A stretch of DNA of 64,000 bases from an uncultured Bacteroidia bacterium (GTDB lineage Bacteria > Bacteroidota > Bacteroidia > NS11-12g > UBA9320), in assembly GCA_943787465.1 (NCBI GenBank), contig CALSMN010000003.1, positions 65,093-129,092 on the forward strand. Reading direction: 5' to 3'. Positions 48,734 through 58,991 of this stretch are shown in pieces. How positions within the stretch are numbered: the stretch's first letter is position 1; each line of letters begins with the position of its first letter. The translations under genes and the position numbers were made by a program. The notes beneath the pieces are model-generated. The model worked only from the letters and a program-made list of their open reading frames with translations. It made no database searches and was not told the DNA's origin.

Positions 48734-49810
48734 ATGAAAAAAATTATCATATTAACAATCATAGTATCAGCCAGCACTGCTCTTTTTGCAGGGAATCCTG
48801 ATAGAATTGGTCAAGCAGGAGCAACCCAGCTGAATATCAACGGTTGGGGTAGAAGCTCCGGTTGGGGTTGGGCTTCTGTAAGTAGTGTAAAAGGGTTAGA
48901 GTCAATCTACAATAATATTGGAGGACTTGCCCATACTGGGAATACAGAAATTATTTTCTCTCGAACAGCCTGGCTAAGAGGAAGTGATATAAATATCAAT
49001 ACCTTTGGATTTGCACAAAATATTGGTGGATCAGGGGGATTAGGCGTTAGTATCATGAGTTATGATATGGGTGAAATCCCAATCACTACTTATGAGCAAC
49101 CAGATGGTGGAATAGGAACATACAAGCCTAGATTTACCAATATCACTGCAGCATATGCTAAGCGATTTACGCAAGAAATTTCAGGGGGAATTGGGTTCAA
49201 AGTTTTTTCAGAATCGATTACTAATGCAAAAGCTCAAGGCGTTGCTCTTGATGCAGGCATTCAGTATATAACAACTTTAAGAAAAGAGGGGATAAAAAAG
49301 AATGATGTGAAATTTGGGGTCTCACTAAAAAATATAGGACCTGATGTTCGCTATGCAGGTGATGGTTTATCTACTAAACTACAAGACCCTAATAAAGGAG
49401 TGGAGTATACTGTGAATCAACGTGCTGCTAAATTTAATTTACCTACACTCATGAATATCAGTGCATCGTATGATTTGAGATTGGATAAAAATGAGGAAAC
49501 TTACTTTCATCGTTTTACACCAGCCTTTACATTCACAAATAATGCATTTGCAAATAACCAATTTACGCTTGGAGCAGAATACGGATACAAAGACATGTTC
49601 CAATTGAGAATGGGTTACGCATATGAAGATGGGATAACAAGTTATGAGACAAGAGTAAATGCATTTACAGGTATAGTAGGTGGTTTTACTTTTGAAGTAC
49701 CTCTAAAGAAAGAATCTTCCAATATTTTTGGTCTTGATTATTCATACAGACACTCTAATCCGTTTGGAGGATCGCACTCTTTTGGGGTTAGGTTAAGTAT
49801 AGGAGAATAA
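48734..49810 (+). CDS. porV: PorV/PorQ-family T9SS outer-membrane shuttle protein (FadL-like barrel), probably PorV
   Basis: Signal peptide. The N-terminal GQAGATQLNINGWGRSSGWGWASV ... SIYNNIGGLA parallels the PorV signature AVPFL.I.PDAR.GGMGD.GVA ... S.Y.NPA.LA. Barrel-like body ending in aromatic strands. Confidence 0.55.
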   Translation: MKKIIILTIIVSASTALFAGNPDRIGQAGATQLNINGWGRSSGWGWASVSSVKGLESIYNNIGGLAHTGNTEIIFSRTAWLRGSDININTFGFAQNIGGSGGLGVSIMSYDMGEIPITTYEQPDGGIGTYKPRFTNITAAYAKRFTQEISGGIGFKVFSESITNAKAQGVALDAGIQYITTLRKEGIKKNDVKFGVSLKNIGPDVRYAGDGLSTKLQDPNKGVEYTVNQRAAKFNLPTLMNISASYDLRLDKNEETYFHRFTPAFTFTNNAFANNQFTLGAEYGYKDMFQLRMGYAYEDGITSYETRVNAFTGIVGGFTFEVPLKKESSNIFGLDYSYRHSNPFGGSHSFGVRLSIGE

Positions 49811-49857
49811 TTTCAATAAGAATTTAAAATCAATTACACTATCATACTAAATAAAGT

Positions 49858-50355
49858 ATGGTAGTGTCTTTTTTATATAAAAAAATGGCAATAAACTACG
49901 TTTCACAAGAAGGCTTTGATTCACTCAAAGAACAAATTGAACAACTTGAAAAAGTAGATCGAAAAAAAATTAGTAATCAAATTGCAGAGGCAAGAGATAA
50001 AGGTGATTTATCAGAAAATGCGGAGTACGACGCTGCTAAAGAAGCTCAGGGATTATTAGAAATGAAAATTTCAAAACTGAAGAATATCATGGCTAATTCA
50101 CGAGTTATTGATCCAAGAGATCTGGATTTAAGTAAAGTTAATATTCAAACCAAAGTTCGATTGATGAATATAAAATTCAATAAAGAAGTCACTTATCATA
50201 TTGTAGCAGAAAGCGAAGCCAATTTGAGAGAAAATAAAATTTCTGTTCAATCTCCTATTGGCAAAGGCCTCATGGGGAAGAAAATTGGAGAAATAGTAGA
50301 TATTGAGGTGCCTGCAGGAACCATTCAATTTGAAATTCTTGAGGTTGGATTATAA
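49858..50355 (+). CDS. greA: Transcription elongation factor GreA. The likely true start is the Met at 49885.
   Basis: KGDLSENAEYDAAKEAQ coiled-coil finger motif and a C-terminal FKBP-like domain. Confidence 0.85.
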   Translation: MVVSFLYKKMAINYVSQEGFDSLKEQIEQLEKVDRKKISNQIAEARDKGDLSENAEYDAAKEAQGLLEMKISKLKNIMANSRVIDPRDLDLSKVNIQTKVRLMNIKFNKEVTYHIVAESEANLRENKISVQSPIGKGLMGKKIGEIVDIEVPAGTIQFEILEVGL

Positions 50356-50759
50356 TGACCCTATTTGAAAAAATAGTATTAGGTGAAATTCCAGCTTATA
50401 AAATTGCTGAAACAGACAATTGCTTAGCCTTTCTTGATGCCTTTCCATTGAAAGAAGGTCATGTCTTGGTAATCCCTAAAAAACCTATAAATTATATTTT
50501 TGATTTAAATGATGATATGACCATATCATTACATCTCTTTACTAAAAAAGTCGCTCAAGCTATGAAAGAAGTGATTGACTGTAATCGTATTGGAATGGCT
50601 GTAATTGGTTTAGAAGTTCCACACACTCATATTCATTTAGTCCCATTGGATCAGATTGATGATATTAATTTTTCAAAACCTAAAATTAAATTGAGTGATG
50701 AACGAATGCAAGAAATAGCAGGTTCTATACAAAGAGTATTCACTAGTTTACATAGCTAA
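50355..50759 (+). CDS. HIT-family (histidine triad) nucleotide hydrolase
   Basis: HTHIHLVP histidine triad. TAATG overlap with the greA stop. Confidence 0.85.
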   Translation: MTLFEKIVLGEIPAYKIAETDNCLAFLDAFPLKEGHVLVIPKKPINYIFDLNDDMTISLHLFTKKVAQAMKEVIDCNRIGMAVIGLEVPHTHIHLVPLDQIDDINFSKPKIKLSDERMQEIAGSIQRVFTSLHS

Positions 50760-51404
50760 CTATTTAATTTTATCTGGATTTTTATTGATAAAACTGTTCC
50801 AGTTGTTGTAGTGGGTTCCAGAATGATCTTGTCCTGGTTTGTAGGTAAAATAATGACAAATTGCAATTGCAATTGCATCTGTAGCGTCAAATTTGGAATG
50901 CAATGTCTCCAGATTAAGTAAGGATTTTACCATACCTGCCACCTGCTCTTTGGTAGCTGTTCCTCTACCTGTGACACTTTGTTTAATTCTTCTGGGAGCA
51001 TATTCGAATATGGGAATATTTCTATTTAAGGCAGCGGCCATACTAACTCCTTGTGCTCTTCCCAATTTAAGCATACTCTGAGCATTTTTACCATAAAATG
51101 GGGCTTCTATAGCAAATTCATCGGGTAAGTATGTGTCAATCAACTTTGAACATTGATCAAAAATAGATTGCAATTTCATAGCATGGTTAATTTCGGATCG
51201 TAAATCAAAAATACCCATGCTGATATAATTCAATTGATTTTTTTTAATACCAATAACTCCATATCCTGAAATATTAGTTCCAGGATCTATTCCCAAGATT
51301 ATTTTATCGTATGTGTTATCTTTCGCCACGCTTAAAGCAAAGGTAAAGTTAACCCTCTTAAAGATTGTTAACATCCTACTAAAGATGAAATCTAATTCAT
51401 ACAA
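50760..51404 (-). CDS. ruvC: Crossover junction endodeoxyribonuclease RuvC. The likely true start is the internal Met at ~51374.
   Basis: IILGIDPGT ... catalytic acidic residues, and a RuvC resolvase fold pattern ending AIAICHYF. Confidence 0.85.
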   Translation of the reverse strand: MYELDFIFSRMLTIFKRVNFTFALSVAKDNTYDKIILGIDPGTNISGYGVIGIKKNQLNYISMGIFDLRSEINHAMKLQSIFDQCSKLIDTYLPDEFAIEAPFYGKNAQSMLKLGRAQGVSMAAALNRNIPIFEYAPRRIKQSVTGRGTATKEQVAGMVKSLLNLETLHSKFDATDAIAIAICHYFTYKPGQDHSGTHYNNWNSFINKNPDKIK

Positions 51405-52338
51405 TCGATGGTATACCCTATTGAAATGGCTTTTTAGTCTAGTATCTCTTGGGTATTTTATTTATTTGATTCAATCGCATGATTGGTATGATACGTTTAT
51501 ACCCTTATTTATTTCTGCATGGAACAAATTCGCAATTTATTTTATACTTGTTTTTTTTATGGTATTTTTAAATTGGAATTTTGAGGCACAAAAATTTAAA
51601 CTACTTCTGAATTCCCAACGGTGGTCAGATCGGTATCTATTTTTTACTGTTTTGGGAGGCATGGCAATTAGTAATTTCACTCCAGCAAGATCTGGAGAAT
51701 ATATTGGCAGGAGTTTGCTTCTTAAAAAAACCAGCCCCCTAAAAATAGTTATAGCTACCGTGACGGGGAATATAGCACAAGTAATCATGACCTATGGGCT
51801 AGGATTAATGTGTTTGTGTATTATTTTTTTGTTTTTTGATTGGTATGACGCGTGGTTTAATACAGCGTATTTAATTGGGGTGATTTTTATTTTTTTTGCG
51901 TTAGTTTCAGTTACTTTTTATTCAAAAAAAATAGTGGCTTATATCAACAGGTTTTTGCCCAATAAACTCCATACGCTTATCAAGCTAATGAAGCATTATG
52001 AACGCAAACGCTTTGGGAAAGTCATTTTATTATCTTTTCTAAGATACTTGGTGTTTTCTTCACAGCTTTTTATGCTGTTGCAAGTTTTTTCAGATTTTTC
52101 ATTACCAACATACACTTTATTTTTAGTTCCAGTTGCCTTTCTGTTACAAACGATTGTTCCCATTCCCGCAGTATCCGATATTGGGGTCCGAGTTGCAGTA
52201 TGTAGTATGTTATTTGAGGGATTTATTACTGAAACAGTCATCTTTCAATCGGTGACCTTTATTTGGGCCATTAATTTAATAATCCCAGGTATACTGGGCT
52301 CTTTCTTTTTATTAATCTCTAATTTTATCAACGATTGA
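51313..52338 (+). CDS. Lysylphosphatidylglycerol-synthase-TM-like / flippase-like (UPF0104) membrane protein. The likely true start is ~51385.
   Basis: About 8 TM helices with the LPG_synthase_TM-like layout. Its stop overlaps the GT2 start. Confidence 0.5.
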   Translation: MLSFATLKAKVKLTLLKIVNILLKMKSNSYNRWYTLLKWLFSLVSLGYFIYLIQSHDWYDTFIPLFISAWNKFAIYFILVFFMVFLNWNFEAQKFKLLLNSQRWSDRYLFFTVLGGMAISNFTPARSGEYIGRSLLLKKTSPLKIVIATVTGNIAQVIMTYGLGLMCLCIIFLFFDWYDAWFNTAYLIGVIFIFFALVSVTFYSKKIVAYINRFLPNKLHTLIKLMKHYERKRFGKVILLSFLRYLVFSSQLFMLLQVFSDFSLPTYTLFLVPVAFLLQTIVPIPAVSDIGVRVAVCSMLFEGFITETVIFQSVTFIWAINLIIPGILGSFFLLISNFIND

Positions 52339-53447
52339 TTATTACTTACGTCGCCATTGTATTTTTAGTAGCCTTTTTTTATACCCGTCTTTTATATAAT
52401 TATGGTCAATTGTGGAGGGCTATACCGGAATCAAAATATCAGGCTAAAACTAAAGAATCAATAAAGCCAATACGAGTTAGTATTTTAATACCTTTTAGAA
52501 ATGAAGCGAATTCCTTACCCAATCTGATTGAATCCTTAAACCGATTAAATACGTTTAATATAGATGTTGAGGTAATTTTTATTGATGATCATTCAACTGA
52601 TGACGGCCAATCTTATATCAATGATTGTAGATTATCCAAAAAACTAATTCCATTAATCCATGGAACTGGCAAAAAAGAAGCTATTCAGTTAGGATGGAAA
52701 CACGTGAGTGGGGAATATATATTTCAAACAGATGCAGATTGTATTTTGCCAAAAAACTGGATACCGTCCATGATAAGTTTATTTGACAATGAGGTTCATT
52801 TTGTTAGTGGTCCTGTTTTATTTCATGAGTCAAAAAAAATCTGGAATCAACTTGTTGCCATCGATTTTATGTCGTTAATTAGTATTGGAGCGGCACATAT
52901 TCAGTGGAAACATCCATTAATGTGTAACGGAGCAAATATGGCTTACCGTTCAGCTCTGATTAATTCAATAGAATTAAAATCAAATAGAGCTAGCGGTGAT
53001 GATGTTTTTTTATTACAAAGTGCTTTTCAAAAAACAAGTGATGGAATTCGTTTTTGTAAAGATAAACAGGCCATAGTCTATACTAAAGGGCCAGATAATA
53101 TTAATATTTTTTGGAATCAGCGACTACGATGGGCTAGTAAAAATAATGAGTACGAATCAAAATGGAATACAATTATTTTAATAGGGGTATGGGTATTTAA
53201 TGTTATAATACTTATCTCGTTTCTTTCATTTCATAAAATAGGATTCCTTGGAGGGTTTTTTTTGGTACTTATTAAATTAATTTCAGAGCTGAATTTTTAT
53301 TCAAGCTATGCTCAATTTATGGGCTATAAAAAAGGTCTTCCCTATATACTAATGGGTCAATTTTTACACATCATATATATGGTTATATTGCCGCCATTAT
53401 CTCAAATTTTGAGTTTTACATGGAAAGAAAGAGTAATGAAAAAATAG
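52335..53447 (+). CDS. Family 2 glycosyltransferase with C-terminal TM helices
   Basis: VSILIPFRNE ... IFIDDHSTDD ... TDADC DxD region and the QRLRWA motif. Confidence 0.85.
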   Translation: MIITYVAIVFLVAFFYTRLLYNYGQLWRAIPESKYQAKTKESIKPIRVSILIPFRNEANSLPNLIESLNRLNTFNIDVEVIFIDDHSTDDGQSYINDCRLSKKLIPLIHGTGKKEAIQLGWKHVSGEYIFQTDADCILPKNWIPSMISLFDNEVHFVSGPVLFHESKKIWNQLVAIDFMSLISIGAAHIQWKHPLMCNGANMAYRSALINSIELKSNRASGDDVFLLQSAFQKTSDGIRFCKDKQAIVYTKGPDNINIFWNQRLRWASKNNEYESKWNTIILIGVWVFNVIILISFLSFHKIGFLGGFFLVLIKLISELNFYSSYAQFMGYKKGLPYILMGQFLHIIYMVILPPLSQILSFTWKERVMKK

Positions 53448-53707
53448 AACTTCCCCTCTTAGAAATAGAGCTGTTAAAAGGATGCCTATTTATGGAATCT
53501 TTTTTAACATTAGTAGAAGAATGTAGCTCAGAGTCTAGGGCAAGTGTGATTGCTGATGCCATAAAAAATTTAATCCATCTCAAATTAATAGTTGCTACAA
53601 ATATGGATGTTTCACTACCTTGGGTTTACGATAGTGATAAAATGCAAGATAGTTTTTTTAAGGCTACTGCAAAAGGGGTGGAGTGGATAGAAAAGTATAG
53701 TTTTTAA
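53420..53707 (+). CDS. Small hypothetical protein
   Basis: 95-codon ORF overlapping the GT2 stop. No motif recognised. Confidence 0.3.
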   Translation: MERKSNEKIELPLLEIELLKGCLFMESFLTLVEECSSESRASVIADAIKNLIHLKLIVATNMDVSLPWVYDSDKMQDSFFKATAKGVEWIEKYSF

Positions 53708-53710
53708 ATC

Positions 53711-54379
53711 TTAGTTGTCAATTTTAAATCCCAATCGTTTGCCTGTGGCGAAGCCTCTAGGATTATTAAATGAATCTTTTTGTTGAACCGTTATTTCCAT
53801 CATACTGTCAATGGGGGGCATATATAAGTCAAAATCTAAAGCATAGAGCATGGTTTGTTCTATAATTTTAACTATGGATTCATTTTCTATTTTTTGGGTG
53901 CTAAAATCTTTAAATAAAAAATTCAATTGACGTTGACCATCCACATAAAAATTACCTTCACAATTTACAAATATACGAGCAAGCAGATAGCCAATATCAC
54001 CCAGTCTTTGATATTTTAAAGAGTCTGACAAAAAGTTGTATGCCTGAATCATCCCACAATAACCCCTATCCGAATCTTCATTAACATATTTTGTTTTACT
54101 TACTTCGTGTTCAGGTGGGAAAGAGAAAACATTGGTATGCATGATAAATGCAATAGTGTCACCACTAAACTTTAAATGAAATTCAAATTCACTGATTTGT
54201 TTTAGTTCAACCTCTAAACTTTCATCTTTGCTTATAACCTGAGGTGTTAGGTGTTCGGCTATTTCTAAAGCTGTCTTTTTGAATTGTTTGAAAACCGTGA
54301 GCGTATTTCTGTAAACATGCTGTTTTAGAGCAGCTTTGTTGTTTAATCCATCGATTATTTCTACTAGTTTTTCGGCCAT
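53711..54379 (-). CDS. Hypothetical cytoplasmic protein
   Basis: 222-aa ORF. No signal peptide and no recognisable motif. Confidence 0.4.
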   Translation of the reverse strand: MAEKLVEIIDGLNNKAALKQHVYRNTLTVFKQFKKTALEIAEHLTPQVISKDESLEVELKQISEFEFHLKFSGDTIAFIMHTNVFSFPPEHEVSKTKYVNEDSDRGYCGMIQAYNFLSDSLKYQRLGDIGYLLARIFVNCEGNFYVDGQRQLNFLFKDFSTQKIENESIVKIIEQTMLYALDFDLYMPPIDSMMEITVQQKDSFNNPRGFATGKRLGFKIDN

Positions 54380-54513
54380 TATCCGTAAATTGTATTTTAT
54401 AACAAAACTAAACTAATAATAACTGAAATAATTAAAATGGTTCACTTTTAAAGTAATGCCAAATAAGGTAAATTTGTGACATCAAAGTTATTCGTAAATT
54501 ATCATTCAATCAG

Positions 54514-55803
54514 ATGTCAGAAACAGCAAAAATTAACATTCAAGGGAAAGAAACAGAGTTGCCAATTGTAATTGGTACAGAGAAAGAGATAGGAATAGAT
54601 ATTAGTAAGCTTAGAGCTGAGACCAAAGCGGTAACGCTTGATTACGGATTTAAAAATACGGGAAGTACTTCAAGTAGTATAACCTACCTTGACGGAGAAG
54701 CAGGTATTTTGCGACATCGTGGGTACTCAATTGAGGAGTTAGCCGATAAAGCTGATTTCTTGGAGGTTGCTTACCTACTTATTAATGGTGAACTTCCCAC
54801 TAAAGAAGAGTATGCCAATTGGGATAATGAAATAAGAAGACACACTCTCGTTAATGGAGATATCCAGAATATATTTGATGCTTGGCCTACAGGATCTCAT
54901 CCTATGGGTCAATTGATTGCTATGATTTCATCGTTATCTTCTTTTTATCCAGAAAGTTTAGATCCTAACTTGGGCGATGAAGCTAGAATGAGAACGATTA
55001 CCCGATTATTAGCTAAGATGCCAACGATTTGTGCCATGATTTCCAAAAATAGAATTGGCCATCCTCTTATCTATCCTCAAAATAGTCTTAATTATGTTGA
55101 GAATTATCTGAACATGACTTTCAAGCATGTTACTGAAGATTATGAAATTGATCCAGTCTTGGTAAATGCCATGAATAAGTTAATGATATTGCATGCTGAT
55201 CATGAGCAAAACTGTTCAGCGTCTACAGTTCGTTTAGTGGGCTCATCCCATGCTAATCTTTATGCTTCGATTTCTGCAGGTATTGCAGCACTCTGGGGCC
55301 CACTTCATGGTGGAGCTAACCAAAAAGTGATTGAAATGCTTGAGGCGATTCATGCAGATGGAGGAGATGCTCAAAAATATATTGATAAGGCTAAAGATAA
55401 GAATGATCCTTTCCGATTGATGGGATTCGGTCATAGAGTTTATAAGAATTTTGATCCAAGAGCCAAAATCATCAAAAAATCCGCGGATGAAGTTTTAGGT
55501 AAATTAGGGGTGAATGACCCTACACTCGAAATAGCAAAAAAACTTGAAGAGGCTGTGCTTTCTGATCCCTATTTTGTTGAACGTAAATTATTTCCTAATG
55601 TAGATTTTTACTCCGGAATTATCTACCGTGCCATGGGATTCCCTGTTGAGATGTTTACCGTATTGTTTGCTCTAGGTAGATTGCCTGGGTGGATAGCTCA
55701 ATGGAAAGAAATGATGGAAGACAAACAACCTATCGGTAGACCTCGTCAGATATATACAGGACCTGTATCGCGTTCATTTGTTCCAAGAGAACAAAGAGGC
55801 TGA
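54514..55803 (+). CDS. gltA: Citrate synthase
   Basis: GFGHRVYKNFDPRA, the catalytic His and Asp positions, and a length of 429 aa. Confidence 0.9.
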   Translation: MSETAKINIQGKETELPIVIGTEKEIGIDISKLRAETKAVTLDYGFKNTGSTSSSITYLDGEAGILRHRGYSIEELADKADFLEVAYLLINGELPTKEEYANWDNEIRRHTLVNGDIQNIFDAWPTGSHPMGQLIAMISSLSSFYPESLDPNLGDEARMRTITRLLAKMPTICAMISKNRIGHPLIYPQNSLNYVENYLNMTFKHVTEDYEIDPVLVNAMNKLMILHADHEQNCSASTVRLVGSSHANLYASISAGIAALWGPLHGGANQKVIEMLEAIHADGGDAQKYIDKAKDKNDPFRLMGFGHRVYKNFDPRAKIIKKSADEVLGKLGVNDPTLEIAKKLEEAVLSDPYFVERKLFPNVDFYSGIIYRAMGFPVEMFTVLFALGRLPGWIAQWKEMMEDKQPIGRPRQIYTGPVSRSFVPREQRG

Positions 55804-55809
55804 TGTAAT

Positions 55810-57414
55810 TTACTGAGCCAATCGGGTTTCCAATACTTTTGTATCAAGCATATATCTATCAGTAGTGATGTCTTGATCAAGTACTACAAAGTCTGCTAGT
55901 TTTCCGGGTTCTAATGATCCGATATTATGATCCATTCGGTTTGCTTTTGCGGCCCATCGTGTGATACCCAATAGGGCTTCTTTAGGAGTGAGCGATTCTT
56001 CTGCCAAATATCCTCCAATGGGTAAATTTTTTCTATTTTGTCTATATACGGCTGCATGAAACGTTTGTAAAGGAGAAATATCCTCTACCGGGAAATCAGT
56101 TCCTAATGGTAGATACTGATTCAATGCCAATAAACTTCGATATGAATAAGCTCCCTTCAGCCTTTCAGAACATAATCGTTTGCCTGCCCAGTTCATATCA
56201 CTTGTAGCATGTGTAGGTTGAACACTTGGAATAATAGAGTATTTTGCAAAAAGATATCGATCAGAAGGAGTAACTACTTGTGCATGTTCTATTCTCCAGC
56301 GTAAATCATTTTTGCTTTTAAGGTGACTACCATAAATCTCCAGTACTTTTCTGTTTGCACTATCTCCAATGCAATGGGTGTTAGCTTGAAACCCCATTGC
56401 CTGTATTTCAGCACATAGCGAGTCTATTTTTTCTGGGGAGGTTACCCACACGCCAGAGAAATCATTTTCATCGCAGTATGGTTTTTTTAATCGAGCACCT
56501 CTAGATCCCAAAGCACCATCAGCATAAATTTTAAAAGAGGAAATTTGAAGGTTTTCGCGAGATATAATTCCATTTTCCTTGAAAAAATTAAAATTTTCAG
56601 TGCTTGGATTAGCCATCACATACATTCTTACTTTTAAATCACCAGTTTTTTGTAAACTATCAATTAATTGGATGGTATTTAAATCTAAGCCAGCATCAGT
56701 TACCGTGGTAAGTCCAACTTTTAATACGTTATCCTGAGCTTTTAGAATAGCCCTAATTTGGTCAGATCGACTAGGAGTTGAAATGACATTGGATACTAAA
56801 TCCATGGCATTATCAGTCAATAAACCAGTTAAAATACCATTTTTTTGCTCGATAATTCCACCTTGTACTTTTGTAGTTGGAGTTATACCTGCAAGTTCTA
56901 GTGCTTTGTTGTTTGCTAGGCCAGCATGGCCGTCTACACGCTTTAAAAATACGGGTTGATTTGGGAAATAGATATTCAATAGATTATTGGAAATATTTCC
57001 CTGAGTCGTCCAATCAGTCTGGTCCCAACCTCGTCCAGTAATCCAATATGTTGAGCTGTTTTTTGCAAATTCAACAGTCTTATTGACAACTTCCTCTAAA
57101 CTAAATGTATTTTTTAAATCGACGGTATTTAAGGTAGTGCCATAGCCATAAAAATGAGAGTGAGCATCAATAAAACCAGGATAAATAATCCCTTCGTAGG
57201 TTGTTATTGTCTGGCTAGAGTATATGTTTTCAATATCCTCTCTGGTCCCAAATGCAACAATGCGATGATTGGATATCGCCATGGCTTCTCCAATTTTAAA
57301 AGTGCTATCACAACTGTAAATCTTAGTGGCAAATACAATTTCATCGACTTCAATTTTCTGAGAAGAGCACCCTATTATACCTATGGCAATTAGATAAAAA
57401 AGATTTTTTATCAT
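55810..57414 (-). CDS. Amidohydrolase family (Amidohydro_3) metal-dependent hydrolase, secreted or lipoprotein
   Basis: PGFIDAHSH metal-binding motif, and a C-terminal D in a TIM-barrel amidohydrolase layout. Signal peptide present. Confidence 0.8.
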   Translation of the reverse strand: MIKNLFYLIAIGIIGCSSQKIEVDEIVFATKIYSCDSTFKIGEAMAISNHRIVAFGTREDIENIYSSQTITTYEGIIYPGFIDAHSHFYGYGTTLNTVDLKNTFSLEEVVNKTVEFAKNSSTYWITGRGWDQTDWTTQGNISNNLLNIYFPNQPVFLKRVDGHAGLANNKALELAGITPTTKVQGGIIEQKNGILTGLLTDNAMDLVSNVISTPSRSDQIRAILKAQDNVLKVGLTTVTDAGLDLNTIQLIDSLQKTGDLKVRMYVMANPSTENFNFFKENGIISRENLQISSFKIYADGALGSRGARLKKPYCDENDFSGVWVTSPEKIDSLCAEIQAMGFQANTHCIGDSANRKVLEIYGSHLKSKNDLRWRIEHAQVVTPSDRYLFAKYSIIPSVQPTHATSDMNWAGKRLCSERLKGAYSYRSLLALNQYLPLGTDFPVEDISPLQTFHAAVYRQNRKNLPIGGYLAEESLTPKEALLGITRWAAKANRMDHNIGSLEPGKLADFVVLDQDITTDRYMLDTKVLETRLAQ

Positions 57415-58991
57415 GATTCAGATTGAATAAGTTGTTCTGCAAGTCTAAGAGCTCCAGGAAGATTAACTAATCCACCTGTTTTGGAAATTTGACTAACTTT
57501 AGTTCGTTTTCTACTGCCTGGAATTTTATTTCTCCCCTTAATTGGAATAGCACTATTCAAAATAATAGATTTAAGCTGTACAGCACTTAGCTCAGGATAA
57601 TAACTCCAAACAAAAGCAGCAACTCCAGATACCACAGGACTAGCCATGCTGGTACCATCGTATTTTTCATATGTATTTTCAGGAGTGGTACTATAGATAT
57701 CTACGCCTGGTGAGAAAATATCTACCGAAGATCTTCCATAGTTTGAAAAAGGAGCAATGGCTCTTGGTTTAGCATTCCAACTGCTGGCACCTACCTCAAT
57801 CCAATTGGGGTAGGTGTCCTGAAAATCAGTAGGATAATTATCTGAGATATCATTATTCTTTCCATCATTTCCTGCTGCATGTACGAGTAATACGTCATGA
57901 GAAGCAGCATATTCAATCGCTTCTTTTACATAATTGAGGTGTTCGGCATATCCTTTACCAAAGCTCATATTAATAATTTTTGCTCCATTATCGACCGCAT
58001 AGCGGATTCCATTGGCTACATCTTTGTCGCGCTCATCGCCTTCTGGCACATTTCGAATACTCATTATCTTACAGTTTTGACAGATTCCCACCGCGCCAAA
58101 ATCATTGGATCCATCAGCAGCAACAATGCCGGCAACATGTGTACCATGCGAAGAAAAATCTTCACCATAATACACCCGATTATTTCCATATATTCTATTC
58201 TCTAAATCCAAATAGTTATCTCCCACAGAATCGGGTCTAGGGTCAAACTTAGGATTATACGCATACTTGTATTGATATTCAAATTGCTTAAAGCCTTCTT
58301 TTAATTCTTTTTTTAATGATTGAAAGTCAAAATTTTTGGTTGATTTTGCATATTGAAGGGCCATCATTTTACCCATTTCTTCTCCTTTGTTTTTACTTTT
58401 ATGATTTTCAATGGTAGTAATTTCTATAGGGCCATCGTATTGTTCTTCAATGGCAACTAAACCATCATACATATTTAGAAAAAATTCATAATATAATTTT
58501 GATTCTTTACTTTCATTAAGATATGCTTCTTTTATTTGAAGGTAAGTAGCATATTCATCAGGATAATTTACCTGAACTTCAGGTTTGAGTTCAAATTTTT
58601 CATTTAATCGAGCATATTTTCGGGTAAGTTCCATATTGTCGTATGTCGTATTCCCTATAAAATTCCACCCATATAGGTCGTCAACATACCCATTTTGGTC
58701 ATCATCGATTTGATTATCCATAATTTCTCCTGGATTTTCCCAAATCATATTTCTCAAATCAGGGTGATATATATCTACACCTGCATCTGCAATGGCAACA
58801 ATCACAACAGATGACTTTTTGCCTTTCATCATTTGTACGGCCTCCTCATACCCAATTCCAGAATTTCTTTTTTTATTATTCGGTAGAAGATGCCATAGCG
58901 AGTCTTTTGGCAATTGTGCCCATGTAGAAGAAACTACTAATAAAAGGGCGATTGATTTTAATATTCTATTCATACTATGTTTGTATAACAC
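57411..58991 (-). CDS. S8 (subtilisin-like) serine peptidase, secreted
   Basis: Catalytic triad motifs VAIADAGVD (Asp), HGTHVAGIVAA (His) and GTSMASPVVSG (Ser). Confidence 0.85.
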   Translation of the reverse strand: MLYKHSMNRILKSIALLLVVSSTWAQLPKDSLWHLLPNNKKRNSGIGYEEAVQMMKGKKSSVVIVAIADAGVDIYHPDLRNMIWENPGEIMDNQIDDDQNGYVDDLYGWNFIGNTTYDNMELTRKYARLNEKFELKPEVQVNYPDEYATYLQIKEAYLNESKESKLYYEFFLNMYDGLVAIEEQYDGPIEITTIENHKSKNKGEEMGKMMALQYAKSTKNFDFQSLKKELKEGFKQFEYQYKYAYNPKFDPRPDSVGDNYLDLENRIYGNNRVYYGEDFSSHGTHVAGIVAADGSNDFGAVGICQNCKIMSIRNVPEGDERDKDVANGIRYAVDNGAKIINMSFGKGYAEHLNYVKEAIEYAASHDVLLVHAAGNDGKNNDISDNYPTDFQDTYPNWIEVGASSWNAKPRAIAPFSNYGRSSVDIFSPGVDIYSTTPENTYEKYDGTSMASPVVSGVAAFVWSYYPELSAVQLKSIILNSAIPIKGRNKIPGSRKRTKVSQISKTGGLVNLPGALRLAEQLIQSES

